A stretch of DNA of 64,000 bases. Source: Octopus vulgaris (Eukaryota). The stretch is taken from assembly GCA_951406725.2 (NCBI GenBank), contig OX597821.1, forward strand, positions 88,474,001 to 88,538,000. The letters are read 5' to 3'. This document shows positions 37,574 through 50,863 of the stretch, piece by piece (positions within the stretch are counted from its first letter, which is position 1; every line of letters starts with the position of its first letter). The notes under the pieces were generated by a model. That model saw only the letters and a program-made list of their open reading frames with translations, searched no databases and had not been told where the DNA came from. The position numbers and the translations under genes were made by a program.

Positions 37574-37999
37574 CTTTATCTTTTCTTTTGTCTTTTACTT
37601 GTTTCAGTCATTTAACTGCGGCCATGCTGGAGCACGACCTTTAGTCGAGCAAATCGACCACGGGACTTATTCTTTGTAAGCCCAGTACTTATTCTATCGG
37701 TCTCTTTTGCCGAACCGCTAAGTGGCGGGGACGTAAACACACCAGTATCGGTTGTCAAGCAATGCTAGAGGGACAAACACAGACACACAAACATATACAC
37801 ACACACATACATATATATATACATATACATATATACGACAGGCTTCTTTCAGTTTCCGTCTACCAAATCCACTCACAAGGATTTGGTCGGCCCGGGGCTA
37901 TAGCAGAAGACACTTGCCCAAGATGTCATGCAGTTGGACTGTACCCGGAACCATGTGGTTGGTAAGCAAGCTACTCACCACACAGCCACACCTGCGCCT
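37574..37999 (-). mobile_element. SINE family A, full length
   Basis: Same structure as 9441-9893. Confidence 0.95.
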
Positions 38000-38063
38000 A
38001 TTTAAATTGTAATGTATAATAATCTATTAATATTATATTATGTTAAAATTATATTAGTATTAT

Positions 38064-38275
38064 AAGGCGGCGAGATAGAATCTTTGGCACGCTGGGCAAA
38101 ATGTTTAGCGGCATTTCCTCCGTCTTTACGTTCTGAGTTCAAATTTCGCCGAGCCCGACTTTGCCTTTCATCTCGAAGTCGATAAAATAAGTACAAGTAG
38201 GGAACTGAAGTCGATTTAATCGATTTACACACCACCCCGAAATTTCTGGCTGCGTGTCAAAATTTGAGACGAATA
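38064..38275 (+). mobile_element. SINE family B, tail type 2
   Basis: AAGGCGGCGAG...TTACGTTCTGAGTTCAAATT...GACTTTGCCTTTCATC...CAAAATTTGAGAC. Confidence 0.88.
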
Positions 38276-38549
38276 CTATATGTAAGTGTGAAGACGTTGA
38301 AGTGCAGAATCGATTCTGCGTCTTACTAAATAACTTAAATCATAGCCTTTTACGTTGCGAGTTCGATTTCAGCCGGGGTAAATTTTGCCTGTAATCACAC
38401 CCAGATCGCTACAGTTACATATCAGCCAAGTTCAAACGCGTGCACATTTAATAAATTACAACTTTTTGTAAGATGTATAACATTGTGTCTCTTATGACAA
38501 ACCAAAAAGTCGAATGTCAAATAGCTTATTCGTCGGCAACTATAAACTC

Positions 38550-40050
38550 AATATTTGAGGCTCAAATATAATCACCTTCAAGTGTATTGCAAAATAACTG
38601 TTTTTCAGGGTTCACCGAAAGTCAGACCTTAAGAGTCTTAAGCAGAAATAACAATACTGGTTTTAAAGCCTTCGTTGTTATTTCAATGATTCAGTCATTC
38701 TGGAATTTTACGGATACTTTTTGAGCAATGGACTATTCGAATCATAGAGCTATAATTTCTCTTGAAAGCCAGACGTACGCTACACTGCTCAAACACATGC
38801 ATGTTTATTGTGCTCGTCTGCTCAGTATGTCACTTCAATAATCATCGGCGGAACATTCGTCGGCAGTATCAAACTGCGCATGCGGATTATTCGCCCGTCA
38901 GCATTGTAGCAAGCACTAAGGAAACAATTTTCGGTAGAATCAAAATTTTATCAATTTCCTGAAAATCATGATCTTCTATAAGGGGCCATATCTTTAGCTA
39001 AGAGACTGTTTACACAATTATCTGTTGAGACCTGATTCCGTTAATCAGTTAAATAAATTAGATTTTAGTTTATATTTAATTGAAGAATTAAACTGCGTAG
39101 CCAAAACTTTCTGCAAATTCAAAGAACTAACCAAGTAAAAATTATTTAAAAAAAAAATTCCTTCGTGTTGTTTGTAGATAAAAAGAGGAGCCTAAGGGTA
39201 TGGAGAAAGTCCTTCTTGTATAGCAAGTTTGCTCCATCCTTTTACTGGCATCTTTCTTGAGCAAAGAGCAGGTGCTACTGTAGCTCACACGCTTCAATTT
39301 ACAAGGTTTACTTGACTGTTTTAGGAGTACGGAGTTTTTATTTGTATAGTATTATTGTTCTCCAAAAATATGCTAACATCTGGAAACGTAAACTCAGTTT
39401 TCCTAGGAATGAAACTAAAGCACAGAAGATCAAGAATATATTCCGTTGATTGTCTCTTAATATAGGAGATATCATATCTAAACACACAAAGGCAAGGCGT
39501 ATTTTTGAGTACCCATCTACAATCACAACCAAGTATCACTAAGTGTTGGGCAAATGACATTCGAAGTTGAAACTGAGACACCCAAGTAACTGTCTTATCC
39601 ATTTTTTCCCTAAAAAGACTTTAGTGATACGTTCGTCATTAGTTTTATTAATGTATTCCAATGAAAATTAAAACTACCTAAATATTACACAGTGCCATAT
39701 TTGAGTCTCCATCCTTGTGTAAATTCGATATCTCAGTAAGTTATATAAGAATATGAGAAGGGTCGCACCAGTGTTATTATTTTTGTTATGTAAGTACCCG
39801 TTATCAACTTTTGAGAGAAAACTCTATCCGTCAAGAAGAGTAATTTCTTTTTCATTTTCCTATTTTTGTAGCTAAATATATGAGATCGTTAACATATCAG
39901 TGTATAATTTTAATCAGCCGCAGACTAAAACGGAAACAAAACACCGTTTCCTAAAACTCTATACGTAAGACAAACCCTTCAATTCAACAGATGGGAAATT
40001 TTAGTGACAGAAAATGACAGGTATATTTTGTGAAATCTCGTAGAAAATTT
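38550..40050 (-). pseudogene. Possible very decayed Penelope-like RT region
   Basis: Ordered weak motifs on the minus strand: LKGLSYV (cf. LYGLPK), GVSVSTSNVICPTLSD (cf. GxxMGxxxSPxLA), VFRYDI (cf. RYVDDI), EFTFPDVSIFLENNNTIQ (cf. LPFLDVxI). Needs HMM confirmation. Confidence 0.4.
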
Positions 40051-40471
40051 TAATTGATACTTTTACTAGATAGTCATTAATTCCCGATGTCCTAAGCACA
40101 TGAATATAATTAATTGAACAAGATTAATAGTCATTGCAGTTATTTAGAATAAAAAGACTTGTTTTTTTTTATATACAACACATGAATAAGGAGACCTCAT
40201 TTCCGGTTGTGAAATCCCTTTTGAAAATTATACCCCAGAATTATAGAACATATATTGGGCAAAAAAGTTCAAAAACATCATTTTTTAAAAGCTTTAGAAA
40301 AAAAAAAAAAAATTAAATGAGAGGCTTGAAATAAAGAAAGTGGATGAAGCAGTTTTTTCAAATAGAGTTATCAGACCAACACGGATATATTGCTGCGATA
40401 TTAGGAGCAAGACATTCTCGTAAACATCCTCATCTATGAAGCCAGCACCACTATTCCAATCGGGCAGCCAC

Positions 40472-40515
<44 letters not shown>

Positions 40516-40517
<2 letters not shown>

Positions 40518-41091
40518 CAGGAAGTGAATACGTGCCGAGATATCGAAAAGGAGATCTCACAGAGAGTAAGGGCCGGATGGAAGGCGTTCAATGGCATAAG
40601 GGATGTGCTCAAGGGAAGGTTGGACAGGACCACCCATGCCAAACTCATCAACAGTACAGTTCTACCCGCAATTTTATATGGTAGAGAAACATGGGCTACC
40701 ACAAAGAGAGAAGAGCAGAGAATGGTAATGACTCAAAGAGCCATGTAAAGGTCAATGTTTGGTATCTCATTGAGAGAGCACATCAGTAGCGAGATCATCA
40801 GAAAGAAGTCCGGCGTGAGAGATGTCATCGTAGAATATACACGCAGCAAGTATAGAAGGGCTGGACACGTCGCCCGGCTCACCGATAATCGGTGGACCCA
40901 TGCAGTTGTCGAGTGGTACCCGCGCGAGCAGAAAAGACCACCCGGAAGACCTCCACGGCGGTGGAGTTACGATTTCAGGAGGACGATTGGGATCACGTGA
41001 ATGAGAAAGACGCGATCGAGAGAGGAGTGGACAGCGTGCTGTGACCAGCGGTGTCAAATGGACGCCTGACGGACTGGTCGGTCAAGGTGAT
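40516..41091 (+). mobile_element. 5'-truncated RTE-clade LINE in (TA)n
   Basis: EISQRVRAGWKAF...VLPAILYGRETW...TQRAM*RSMFGISL...AGHVARLTDNRW...RPPGRPPRRW are RTE ORF C-terminal motifs; in-frame stops; short 3' UTR ending GGTGAT. Confidence 0.93.
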
Positions 41092-41100
41092 ATCTATATA

Positions 41101-41149
<49 letters not shown>

Positions 41150-41959
41150 ACATATATGAAGCATAGTTTTATTAAGTTAACTTTCTCGATGTGCCCTTGT
41201 TGAAAGGATTGTAAATGCTGATACTGGGTTCGATTTCTTAGCATAGCGAAAATTTTTCGTTCATTGCTGAACAAATAATACGGCAAATGTAGGAGCAAAT
41301 ACAAAGCTAGGTTGATGGTTCATGACGGCAGTAATATATTGTTATAAGAGTTGGAGCATTTTTTTTCTGATTTCCTTATAGGACATAGAATATCGGAGTC
41401 AAGAAGATAAAAAATTATCGCTAGTATGCATCCGCATCTTTCCCCGCCTCTATATCATCTTACAGTTTATAAGGAATTCAATGTCTTTACGTATTTATTA
41501 ACTTCTGTCTGTTTCTTTTCGAATGTGCAAAACCACTGTTTTCAGTTTTTTAATGAAGATTACAGAGAGGACAGCTGGTCCAATTTCCTAGCAGATGCAT
41601 TCTGAATGATGGATTAAATAGCTTTCTAATGCTCTCCTGTCGTTATAAATTAGCTGTTACAACTCAAAATCTACAACATCCGGTAGAGCCGTGAAGAGAT
41701 GTGACATCATATTAATAGTGTTACTACTTTTCTAACAAATGCAGTGAACCAGAATATCAAGTCATATATACCATGCAGTTTCTAAAGATGCAGTTAGTCA
41801 TTTGTTACTGATCACACTGAGTCTCACACTGGGTAAAAAAACAAATTCTTCCATTGGTTCGACACCTGTTTCCCGAAGTCACTACATAAGAGGGAAACCA
41901 CAACGCTGCTATCCGGATTGTCATTGCACGGAAGGGCCAGATATGCAGCTGATTCTTCT

Positions 41960-42024
41960 TGGCAAATATGTTATGCCAATATAAGAAATGGCAAATATGT
42001 TATGCCAGTATAAGAAATGACAAA
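41960..42024. repeat. 29-bp tandem duplication
   Basis: TGGCAAATATGTTATGCCA(A/G)TATAAGAAA twice plus a partial third unit. Confidence 0.9.
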
Positions 42025-42964
42025 GCTATATAGGATTTACGTACTTTTCATTTATTTTAATACGTTAGAACATTAATGAGGATTGCATCGCAAGGTGTTT
42101 ATTGAAATTACCAAAGAATTATTTTCATGCCAAGTATTTGGGCAACTCAGCTTCAAGTTCAAATGTGATTTTCTATCGTTTAATTCTTAGCGGTACTTTT
42201 TTAACTGCTATGATTAACCATCTCAACTGAAATATGTTGCTCAATATGCAACGTACATATATGCTTGTGTATTTATTCGTATAACAGACACTGTACGCCA
42301 AATATGACGAAACAGCCGCAAAATTTGGGCATTAACCATCACAATCACATTAAGATGAACACATTCATATACGTTCATCTTCATTCTAGATATACACTAA
42401 CTAATGCAGTAACACAGACAACGATATCGCAGTCACCTTCAATGATATAGATCTTAAAATGGAAGTGGGAGGATTGAAGAAGACATTTTAAACCAATCAT
42501 ATAAACCAAACATCAACACAAGTTTCAACAGAATGAGATGGAGCAGTGGCTAATATAGTAACTACATATGACAATACTGAACGATTCATTGCAAACACAA
42601 CGTAGAATATTGCAAAAAGTTACAACTCAATGTTTAAAACCCATCACATCAGCTCTTTAGACCCCACCACGCAGAATTGGCTTCCCAAGTTAAGAAGTGT
42701 ATTTTTGCTTACTTAAGACTTTTGAAATTGAGTATTTTCCTCGAAATACAAAGACTAAATAAATGTATCCGAGGAAAAAGTTGATATCATATTAAATCTT
42801 ATTATATTTATTATTGATATTAAGTATTACATAAATATAGACTCTATATCGCTCCTATTTGCTACACAAGCTCTCTCTTGCGCACACACACACACACACG
42901 TGTATTTGCATGTGTATGTATGTCTCTCTCTCTCTCTCTCTATCTATATATATATATATATACT

Positions 42965-42995
<31 letters not shown>

Positions 42996-43166
42996 CTCCA
43001 TTTTCCATAAGTAAAAATTTGTTGCTACCCATTATATTTAAATGCATACCTGTAAACATTTATCTAGGTCTAGTACGTGAGTATTTCAATGAAATACATG
43101 CAAAACACCTGGCATATTATGCATTATGTAATATAATGTATAATATATGCATATGTATATACATAC

Positions 43167-43263
<97 letters not shown>

Positions 43264-44712
43264 GTATGTGTGTGTATCCTTACGTAAAGATATATTTGCA
43301 AATTTTCTGAGAGATACAGATATTTTTCTGGCCTTATACATCAATAATATTTTGCTACAACAGATTTTTTATCATCAAACACATAAGACTGTCACATATT
43401 CATAAACTTAAAAAACTTGGTATATTATTACCAACTGTGTTTGAGAAATCTGTGCAGATCCATATGCATATATCTGCACTTAAATGTATATATGGATATA
43501 TAAATGCGCATAAATATATGAATGCATATACATGGGTGTATGCATATATATATATGTATATATATTTTTTATGTGTATGTGTGTGTGTGTATGTGAGTAT
43601 TATATGTGTGTGTATATATGTATGTATTAAAACAAGAAAATATAGCAAGTTAAATAAAAAGAATAATGTGAAAGGGGAAATCTTCTAGAAAGACATATTG
43701 GAATAGCTGAATATTTAAAATAAAAATAAATATTCTTTTGAGTTAAAAAGGTGAAAAAGTATGATAGGTTTATAAAAAAAACTTAAACGCGTTAAAGAAA
43801 AACATAACAGTTGTTTGATAGACAGAAAAATTTGCGATATATGCAAAGTTAAGTAAATAAAGAAATGTGTGGTGAGAAGCATATTTATTGTTTAAAATAT
43901 TACATACCCAATGTATTTTCGCTGATGTATTGGAAGAGGAATTTTTTACGCATTAATTGTATTTTTCTCAGAAATACACCGCAGAGAACACATGATGCGT
44001 TGCAAGACTTTGAACCTACCTTACTAGATTTATCTCTGTATCTTACTGATATATTAGCAAGAAGCTTGTGAAGTATTATCCATCGTAGACTCGCTGGCCT
44101 GGAGTAATAATAAGGTCTCTTGAATGACACCTGTATCATAATTGAATTATTTTATAGGTGAAAGTATATTAAAGCATTACAGTATCAAACATCAAAAGTA
44201 TATGAGCATATGTGCTGAAAGATAAACAAAATTATTCACTGATTAATATTGTGTAGAAGAGACAACACTGCTTTTTTTTCTCTCGTTATTGGAGAGTTCT
44301 GGAAGAGGATTTTAGTAGTGAGAGATAAAGGGAAAAAAAATTGAAAGAGGCGAAATGAAAGAATGGAAGAAAGAGAAAAATCACACATACACACACAAAA
44401 AAAAAAAAAAAAAAGAGAAGAAAGAAAATTATAGACTCGTAAAAAGAAAGAGAAGACTTACTAAAGGACAGTTACATACCGAGAAAGTGATAAAAAAATC
44501 ATATATCAAGAGAAAAAATAATGAAAAGCACTATTAATGTTTCTCTGGAGTATACTAGGTCAGTACACGATTTCAGCTTATATGAATTGATATAGCTTTA
44601 CGTCATATTTTCTTCTTTGCAGAGGACTCCATTCTAAACTCCAAAACAAACAGTCAGATAAGGTGAATTAACATTTGCTAGCCAATGAATTACTTTGTAA
44701 CCTATCTGTCTG

Positions 44713-44774
<62 letters not shown>

Positions 44775-44789
44775 GTCTCTTTCTTTCTC

Positions 44790-44861
<72 letters not shown>

Positions 44862-45745
44862 GGATAGGCAAACAGACACGCACACACACAAATATATGTA
44901 TGAACTAGAGGCATTGCTCTACATTTAACCGCAGGACCGCCGAGGTCGGTGAGATGCAGAACGCTTGAAGTGCATTTGAGTATATTCTGTGATCTCCATG
45001 TAAATATGACGGCGAAATACATATATACATACATACATACACACATACATACATAAAGTACTATCTTCTACAAAAATTCAGGGCAGGTCTTCCTTACTTT
45101 TCTGTCTCCAATAACAGAAGCTATGTAACTTGTCATTGACAGATGTATCTTCTCCTCTGACTGAAACATAAAAATCATCGTCAGGGTTAGAAACAGGTAA
45201 TAAAATAATAATATCCTCGAAGATCTCCACTGGTTGATAGAGTTTTTTTAACTATTAACCTTATCATTGACTTACATATCCAGAATTTCTACGCTATTTT
45301 GTCCTTGTTTTCAGTTGAAAACTTAACGACTTCGTCTGACCCTTCCTAATCATTTTTAGCCCTCCAGAGAAACATGTGGAGAAGTGAGGAAGTTTTTCAC
45401 AAGACCATACTAAAGCACCCAAGAACCACATTTAACAAATGCCTATTGAGATTTACCATCCTAAAAAGGGGAAATTCCTGGATTGTCTCCGTACGGTTTC
45501 TGTCTACCGAATTTGTATTGTAGGCATTAATCGATACGAGATGAAACCAACAAACACTTTCCCACGGGGGCATGCAGAATATAAATTTACATGGTTGCTA
45601 GAAAAATTACTTAGCGGTATATGTGTCTCTGTACGCAAAAAGAGAAACGCCAGTTGATCAACATTTTGAAAGAAAGACTAAGGGACATACGTGTCGGAAA
45701 TATCACGTGCCATTCTCAAGGAAAAAAAACTGGCATTGATATAAA

Positions 45746-46159
45746 TACTCTTACTCTTTTACTTGTTTCAGTCATTTGACTGCGGCCATGCTGAAGCACC
45801 ACCTTTAGTCGAGCAAATCGACCCCTGGACTTATTCTTTGTAAGCCCAGTACTTATTCTATCGGTCTCTTTTGCCGAACCGCTAAGTGACGGGGACGTAA
45901 ACACACCAGCATCGGTTGTCAAGCAATGCTAGGGGGACAAACACAGACACACAGACAGACACACACACACATACATATATAAATATACATATATACGACA
46001 GGCTTCTTTCAGTTTCCGTCTACCAAATCCACTCACAAGGCATTGGTCGGCCCGGGGCTAAAGCAGATGACACTTGCCCAAGATGCCACGCAGTGGGACT
46101 GAACCCGGAACCATGTGGTTGGTTAGCAAGCTACTTACCACACAGCCACTCCTGCGCCT
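45746..46159 (-). mobile_element. SINE family A, full length
   Basis: Same structure as 9441-9893. Confidence 0.95.
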
Positions 46160-46467
46160 AAATGTTGACAAATAATCAACACCAGGAATTGAAACTGAAC
46201 CTCGATTGCGCCAACAATCGAAACTAAGACCATGATTCGATTACACGAGAAAAACTTTCCAGATTTTTATCAAATGGGTTTGCCAAAAAAAAAAAAATAG
46301 AATAAAAAGGAATAAGAATATAACGATGGAGAAAATAGAAGTAAATGTAATTTTATTTAAATACATCGAGTTAAATGTGATATGTGTGTCATGTCTGTGC
46401 GGCGTGTTTCTACGGTTACATCCGTGTATAAACATCATACATGCATAATATATACATACATATATAG

Positions 46468-46564
<97 letters not shown>

Positions 46565-46579
46565 CATATATATATATAC

Positions 46580-46637
<58 letters not shown>

Positions 46638-47415
46638 CACATATACATACATATACATAAACACACACACACATGTATATAGACATATACACAGATATTA
46701 TTCAAACACCTACAATAATGTGCTTTATTGACATTTTTCTCAACGCAAAGGTGATTTTTGAGAAGATAAAAGTTTCATTTGGAAATGATAGATTCTATCT
46801 GTATTCAAGTTTCACACACGAAAAGAAAATAATGAAAGGCTTTATCCTACGAGGTAACCTAAACATCTTTTCTAGGCCAACATATAGTTTTATTGCTCAA
46901 AGTTTGAGGTATTCTATTGTTATGCTATTTTGTACTTGCATGTTTCAACAATTTATTTTTGCAGCGTTGATATTTATATTTTATTTTCAAATGATTCTTT
47001 TACTCCTACACACAGACACACACATACAAACAGTGTGACGCGCGTGTGAATGACAATGCGCGCATGCCCATTCGTGCCCAAGTGCACAAGCGCACGCACA
47101 CGTGCATAGATGCATTGCTTGTACAAACACACATACATTAACACACACGAACGTACGCACATGCATTATTTAAAGACGTGGTTGTCTTCGAGTTTATCGT
47201 TTGTCATGAACGATTTTCACATATCTTTCCTATGACCACTGAGATTCTACCAACCACTCGGTCTCATCTTCGGGATAAAATGATACCTGTGACATGTTGT
47301 TGCTGCATTTTTTGAGTAAGAAGTGAAGGATACTGAGGGTGGTTGCTGTAAATAAATGATAAATTTTCATGGCTGGGTAAAAAGTTGTGTAACTGCAAGC
47401 TTCTATGTTACTTTC

Positions 47416-47845
47416 GGATTTTTTCGGTTTGACCGGCAGTTTTTAAAAAATAATTTCCAAGTAACTAAACACTTTTAAACTTCATATACTTGTAGAATGT
47501 GTTTATAAAACATCTTTTTCTCTTGACTTTATTTAGAAAATTCTATAGCTTGTAAGATATTTGTTGTTTTTTTCTTCAATTTCTGCAATTTCAACCAATC
47601 AATGACATCTATTGGGGAGAAAACATTCTGTGCCGTATGAATATGTCCCTCGTTTAAGAAACAGATTGGGTTTATTTACATTTCTGAAGAAAAAAAAGAT
47701 ACCCTTTCCCCCACCCCTAACACTAACCCTAACTCTAACCCTAAAACAAATTGAAATATAATAGATCGATACTAGGGTCATAATTATGGGTGACAATTTC
47801 ATATGACACCGCTTGAAAAAACTGCCGGTCAAACCGAAAAGATCC
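47416..47845. mobile_element. 430-bp MITE with 29-bp TIRs and internal telomere-like repeats
   Basis: TIR GGAT(T/C)TTTTCGGTTTGACCGGCAGTTTTT, 28/29 complementary; flanks TTACTTTC / TTACTTTA (7/8); five CCCTAA-like hexamers at 47715-47744. Confidence 0.9.
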
Positions 47846-47876
47846 TTACTTTATCTTATGATATGTCTGCAAATTA

Positions 47877-48095
47877 AAGGCGGTGAGCTGGCAGAAACGT
47901 TAGCAGGCCGGGCGAAATGCGTAGCCGTGCTTCGTCTGCCGTTACGTTCTGAGTTCAAATTCCGCCGAGGTCGACTTTGCCTTTCATCATTTCGGGATCT
48001 ATAAATTAAATACCATTTGCATACTGGGATCGATCTAATCCAATGGCACTCTCCCCCAAAATTTCAGGCTTTGTGTCTAGAGTAGAAATGAATAT
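47877..48095 (+). mobile_element. SINE family B, tail type 2
   Basis: Intact head AAGGCGGTGAGCTGGCAGAAACGTTAGC and central motif; tail CCCCAAAATTTCAGGCTTTGTG. Confidence 0.92.
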
Positions 48096-48667
48096 TTCTG
48101 CGAATTGATGCTGGGTTAGTAATTTCTTTTTTTGTTTTTTAAAGCATTATTTTAGTTATTCTTTTGGCTGTTTTTTTTTTTAGGAATAATATATAAAAGC
48201 ATAAAACATAATCATTCAAGCCAACTATGTTTCGTGAACATAAGCAATTTCAGTCAACTAATGTATTGTACAAATTTCCGAAGAATGTAAACAAAATATA
48301 AAACGGATATTTTCTCGATGCTTGCCCATACTTTTATGACAAGAAGATGTTGAAATAAAATGAGGACTACTCATAACATACAGAATAATTCTGAACTAAA
48401 ACATAAGTCTTGTATTCGCTGTAAGCTATGATAAAAGAGAAGTTTATGCAAAAATGTAGAACTACACATATTGAATATAACACGATTAAAAGAAAAAAAC
48501 TGTTCCTTATAACTTTTTAACTTTATATCTAACTCCCTATCATTTTCTCTCTCTCTCACTCTCTCTTTCTTTCTCACTGTATACGGATATGTGTATATGT
48601 CTACGAGTATGTATATGTACATGTATATATGCTACACACACATGCATATACATGCTCATACATGCAT

Positions 48668-48698
<31 letters not shown>

Positions 48699-48741
48699 CA
48701 TACATACACACACATATATATATATACATATGTAAATATAT

Positions 48742-48773
<32 letters not shown>

Positions 48774-48781
48774 ATATATAC

Positions 48782-48828
<47 letters not shown>

Positions 48829-48848
48829 TAAATATATATATATATATT

Positions 48849-48912
<64 letters not shown>

Positions 48913-49490
48913 CACAGGCGCTCGCGCACACACAAACACTCTCACACACTTTCATTGTTTTCTTTTAATTTATAATTACATTACACTTCACAGAATTTTC
49001 TGGTTTCTTCACTGGATCTCGTTAGTGAAAGATAGTCGGCAATTGGCTAATTTAATATGTGCTTCATAGGAATTGACATTCTCGTTTTATTTTTTTCACT
49101 CCTTGATTTTTGTTTTTTGCCAACTTTATAGACGTGTGTGTAGAAATTGCGATGCTCTAAGGCAATATATAATGCGTAATGGTCTTGATGGTGAAATGCT
49201 AAGTAACTATAAAGTGTAGAAAGGAAAAGTTTGACGTTATATTATGTTGAATTCACCACATCACCATCTTGTTATCCACCTCTTCCTCTTCCGCCTCTCT
49301 TATCGCTGTCATCATCGTCGTCGTTTTCGTCATCGCCGTCGCTGTCGTCAAATTCATCGACGTTATCATCATCATCATCATCATCGTCGTCGTCCTCTCC
49401 CTCGTCGTAGTCATCATCATCATCGTCATCATCGTCCTTGTCGGTATCATCATCATCGTTGTCGTCATCGTCGCATAATGGTGGTGGTGG

Positions 49491-49737
49491 CGGTGACGAT
49501 TTCATCTCAATCGAAGGAGAGGGGCTTTCTCCGTCCGGGTTGCGGATCCATGGAATAAGCTGCCGGACGAGATAGTGAAGATGCCGACGACTGCTCGGTT
49601 CAAAGTCTCCCTTGACCACAAGTGGCCTGAACTCTTTACTTGAACACCATCCTGTACACAACTCCATGTCCCTCTAATTGGCCTTGCTTTTTGCTTTTTG
49701 AGCCAAAAAATTAACTAACTAACTAACTAACTAACTA
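49491..49737 (+). mobile_element. 3' end of a CR1-clade LINE with (TAAC)n tail
   Basis: Translation RFHLNRRRGAFSVRVADPWNKLPDEIVKMPTTARFKVSLD matches the CR1 ORF2 C-terminal pattern FSxRVxxxWNxLP...FKxxLD; short UTR then (TAAC)6. Confidence 0.88.
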
Positions 49738-50113
49738 GTGGTCATCATTGTTGTTTTATCGTTGTTGTAATCATAATCCGAGCCGCTGCCGATTCCACCA
49801 CTACTAACTCCACCATCACGACGACCAAAATCACCATCGACTCAAACACCAACACTGACACCAAAACCAGCAGTATCAATACCAATACCCCCAACATCAG
49901 CATCACCCCCACCCCCACCACCACCACCACTGTCATTATCATCACTACTCGCACCATCATCATCGCCTTCATGACCCTTCAGCACTGCCTTTGTTACCGC
50001 ATTCTCATATAATCTACATCATAAGCAACGAGCTAATGATAGAGGCAATTTGTGATGTTTGAACGTGCTAGAAATAGAAACCAAATCTCCTTCGAAACTC
50101 AAATCAATTGCGA

Positions 50114-50863
50114 TACTCTTTACTCTTTTACTTGTTTCAGGCATGTGACTGTGGCCATGCTGGAGCACCGCCTTTAGTACTTATTCTATCGGTCTCTTTT
50201 GCCGAACCCCGAACCGCTAAGTTACGCGGACGTAAACACGCCAGCATCGGTTGTCAAGTGATGATGGGCGACAAACCCAGACGCACAAACATATACAAAC
50301 ACATACACATATATATACTTACTAGCAGTATCGCCCGGCGTTGCTCAGGTTTGTAAGGGAAATAACTATAAAGCATTTTTAGAGAGTTATAGCCCAAAAA
50401 AAATGGAAAAAAATGATGGTAAATTTTTTTGAGAGTAAAAAAAGGTGGAGTTGCGTCCCCTAGACAGTTTGCGGTTTGTGTTTCTGATTCTCGACCCCAT
50501 GTCGAATTTATCGATTTTGTTCAGAACTGGGGGAACTTTTCAAAATTTTCGCTGCGTTAGTTTTGAATTATGATATTGGGCTATATGTGTGTCAAGTTTC
50601 ATCAGAATCGGTTGAAAGCCGTGGTCAGGGTGAGGGTACAAGCAAATAGACACACAGAAACACACACAGACAAACTGCCGTTTATATAGAGAGAGATATA
50701 CGATGGGCTTCTTTCAGTTTCCATCTACCAAATCCACTCACAAGGCTTTGGTCAGCCCAAGGCTATAGTAGAAGACACTTGCCCTAGGTCCACACAGTGG
50801 AACTGAACCCGGAACCCTGTGGTTCGTAAGGAAGCTACTTACCACACAGCCACTCCTACGCCT
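50114..50863 (-). mobile_element. SINE family A interrupted by a Helitron
   Basis: Tail half 50114-50321, head half 50697-50863; internal deletion at an AGT microhomology (CCTTTAGT|ACTTATT) and a small CCGAACC duplication. Confidence 0.93.
50322..50696 (-). mobile_element. Non-autonomous Helitron, 375 bp
   Basis: Minus strand begins TCTCTCTCTATATAAA and ends CCTGAGCAACGCCGGG (imperfect hairpin)-CGATACTG-CTAG; inserted between A and T with no TSD. Confidence 0.88.

Noticed and set aside
44905-45015. GC-richer island ending CTAGT on the minus strand as a second Helitron
   Set aside because: No TC start and no correctly spaced subterminal hairpin; left unassigned.
49244-49667. Acidic (poly-D) and His/Arg-rich ORFs
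   Set aside because: (CAT/CGT)n repeats fused to a CR1 3' fragment.
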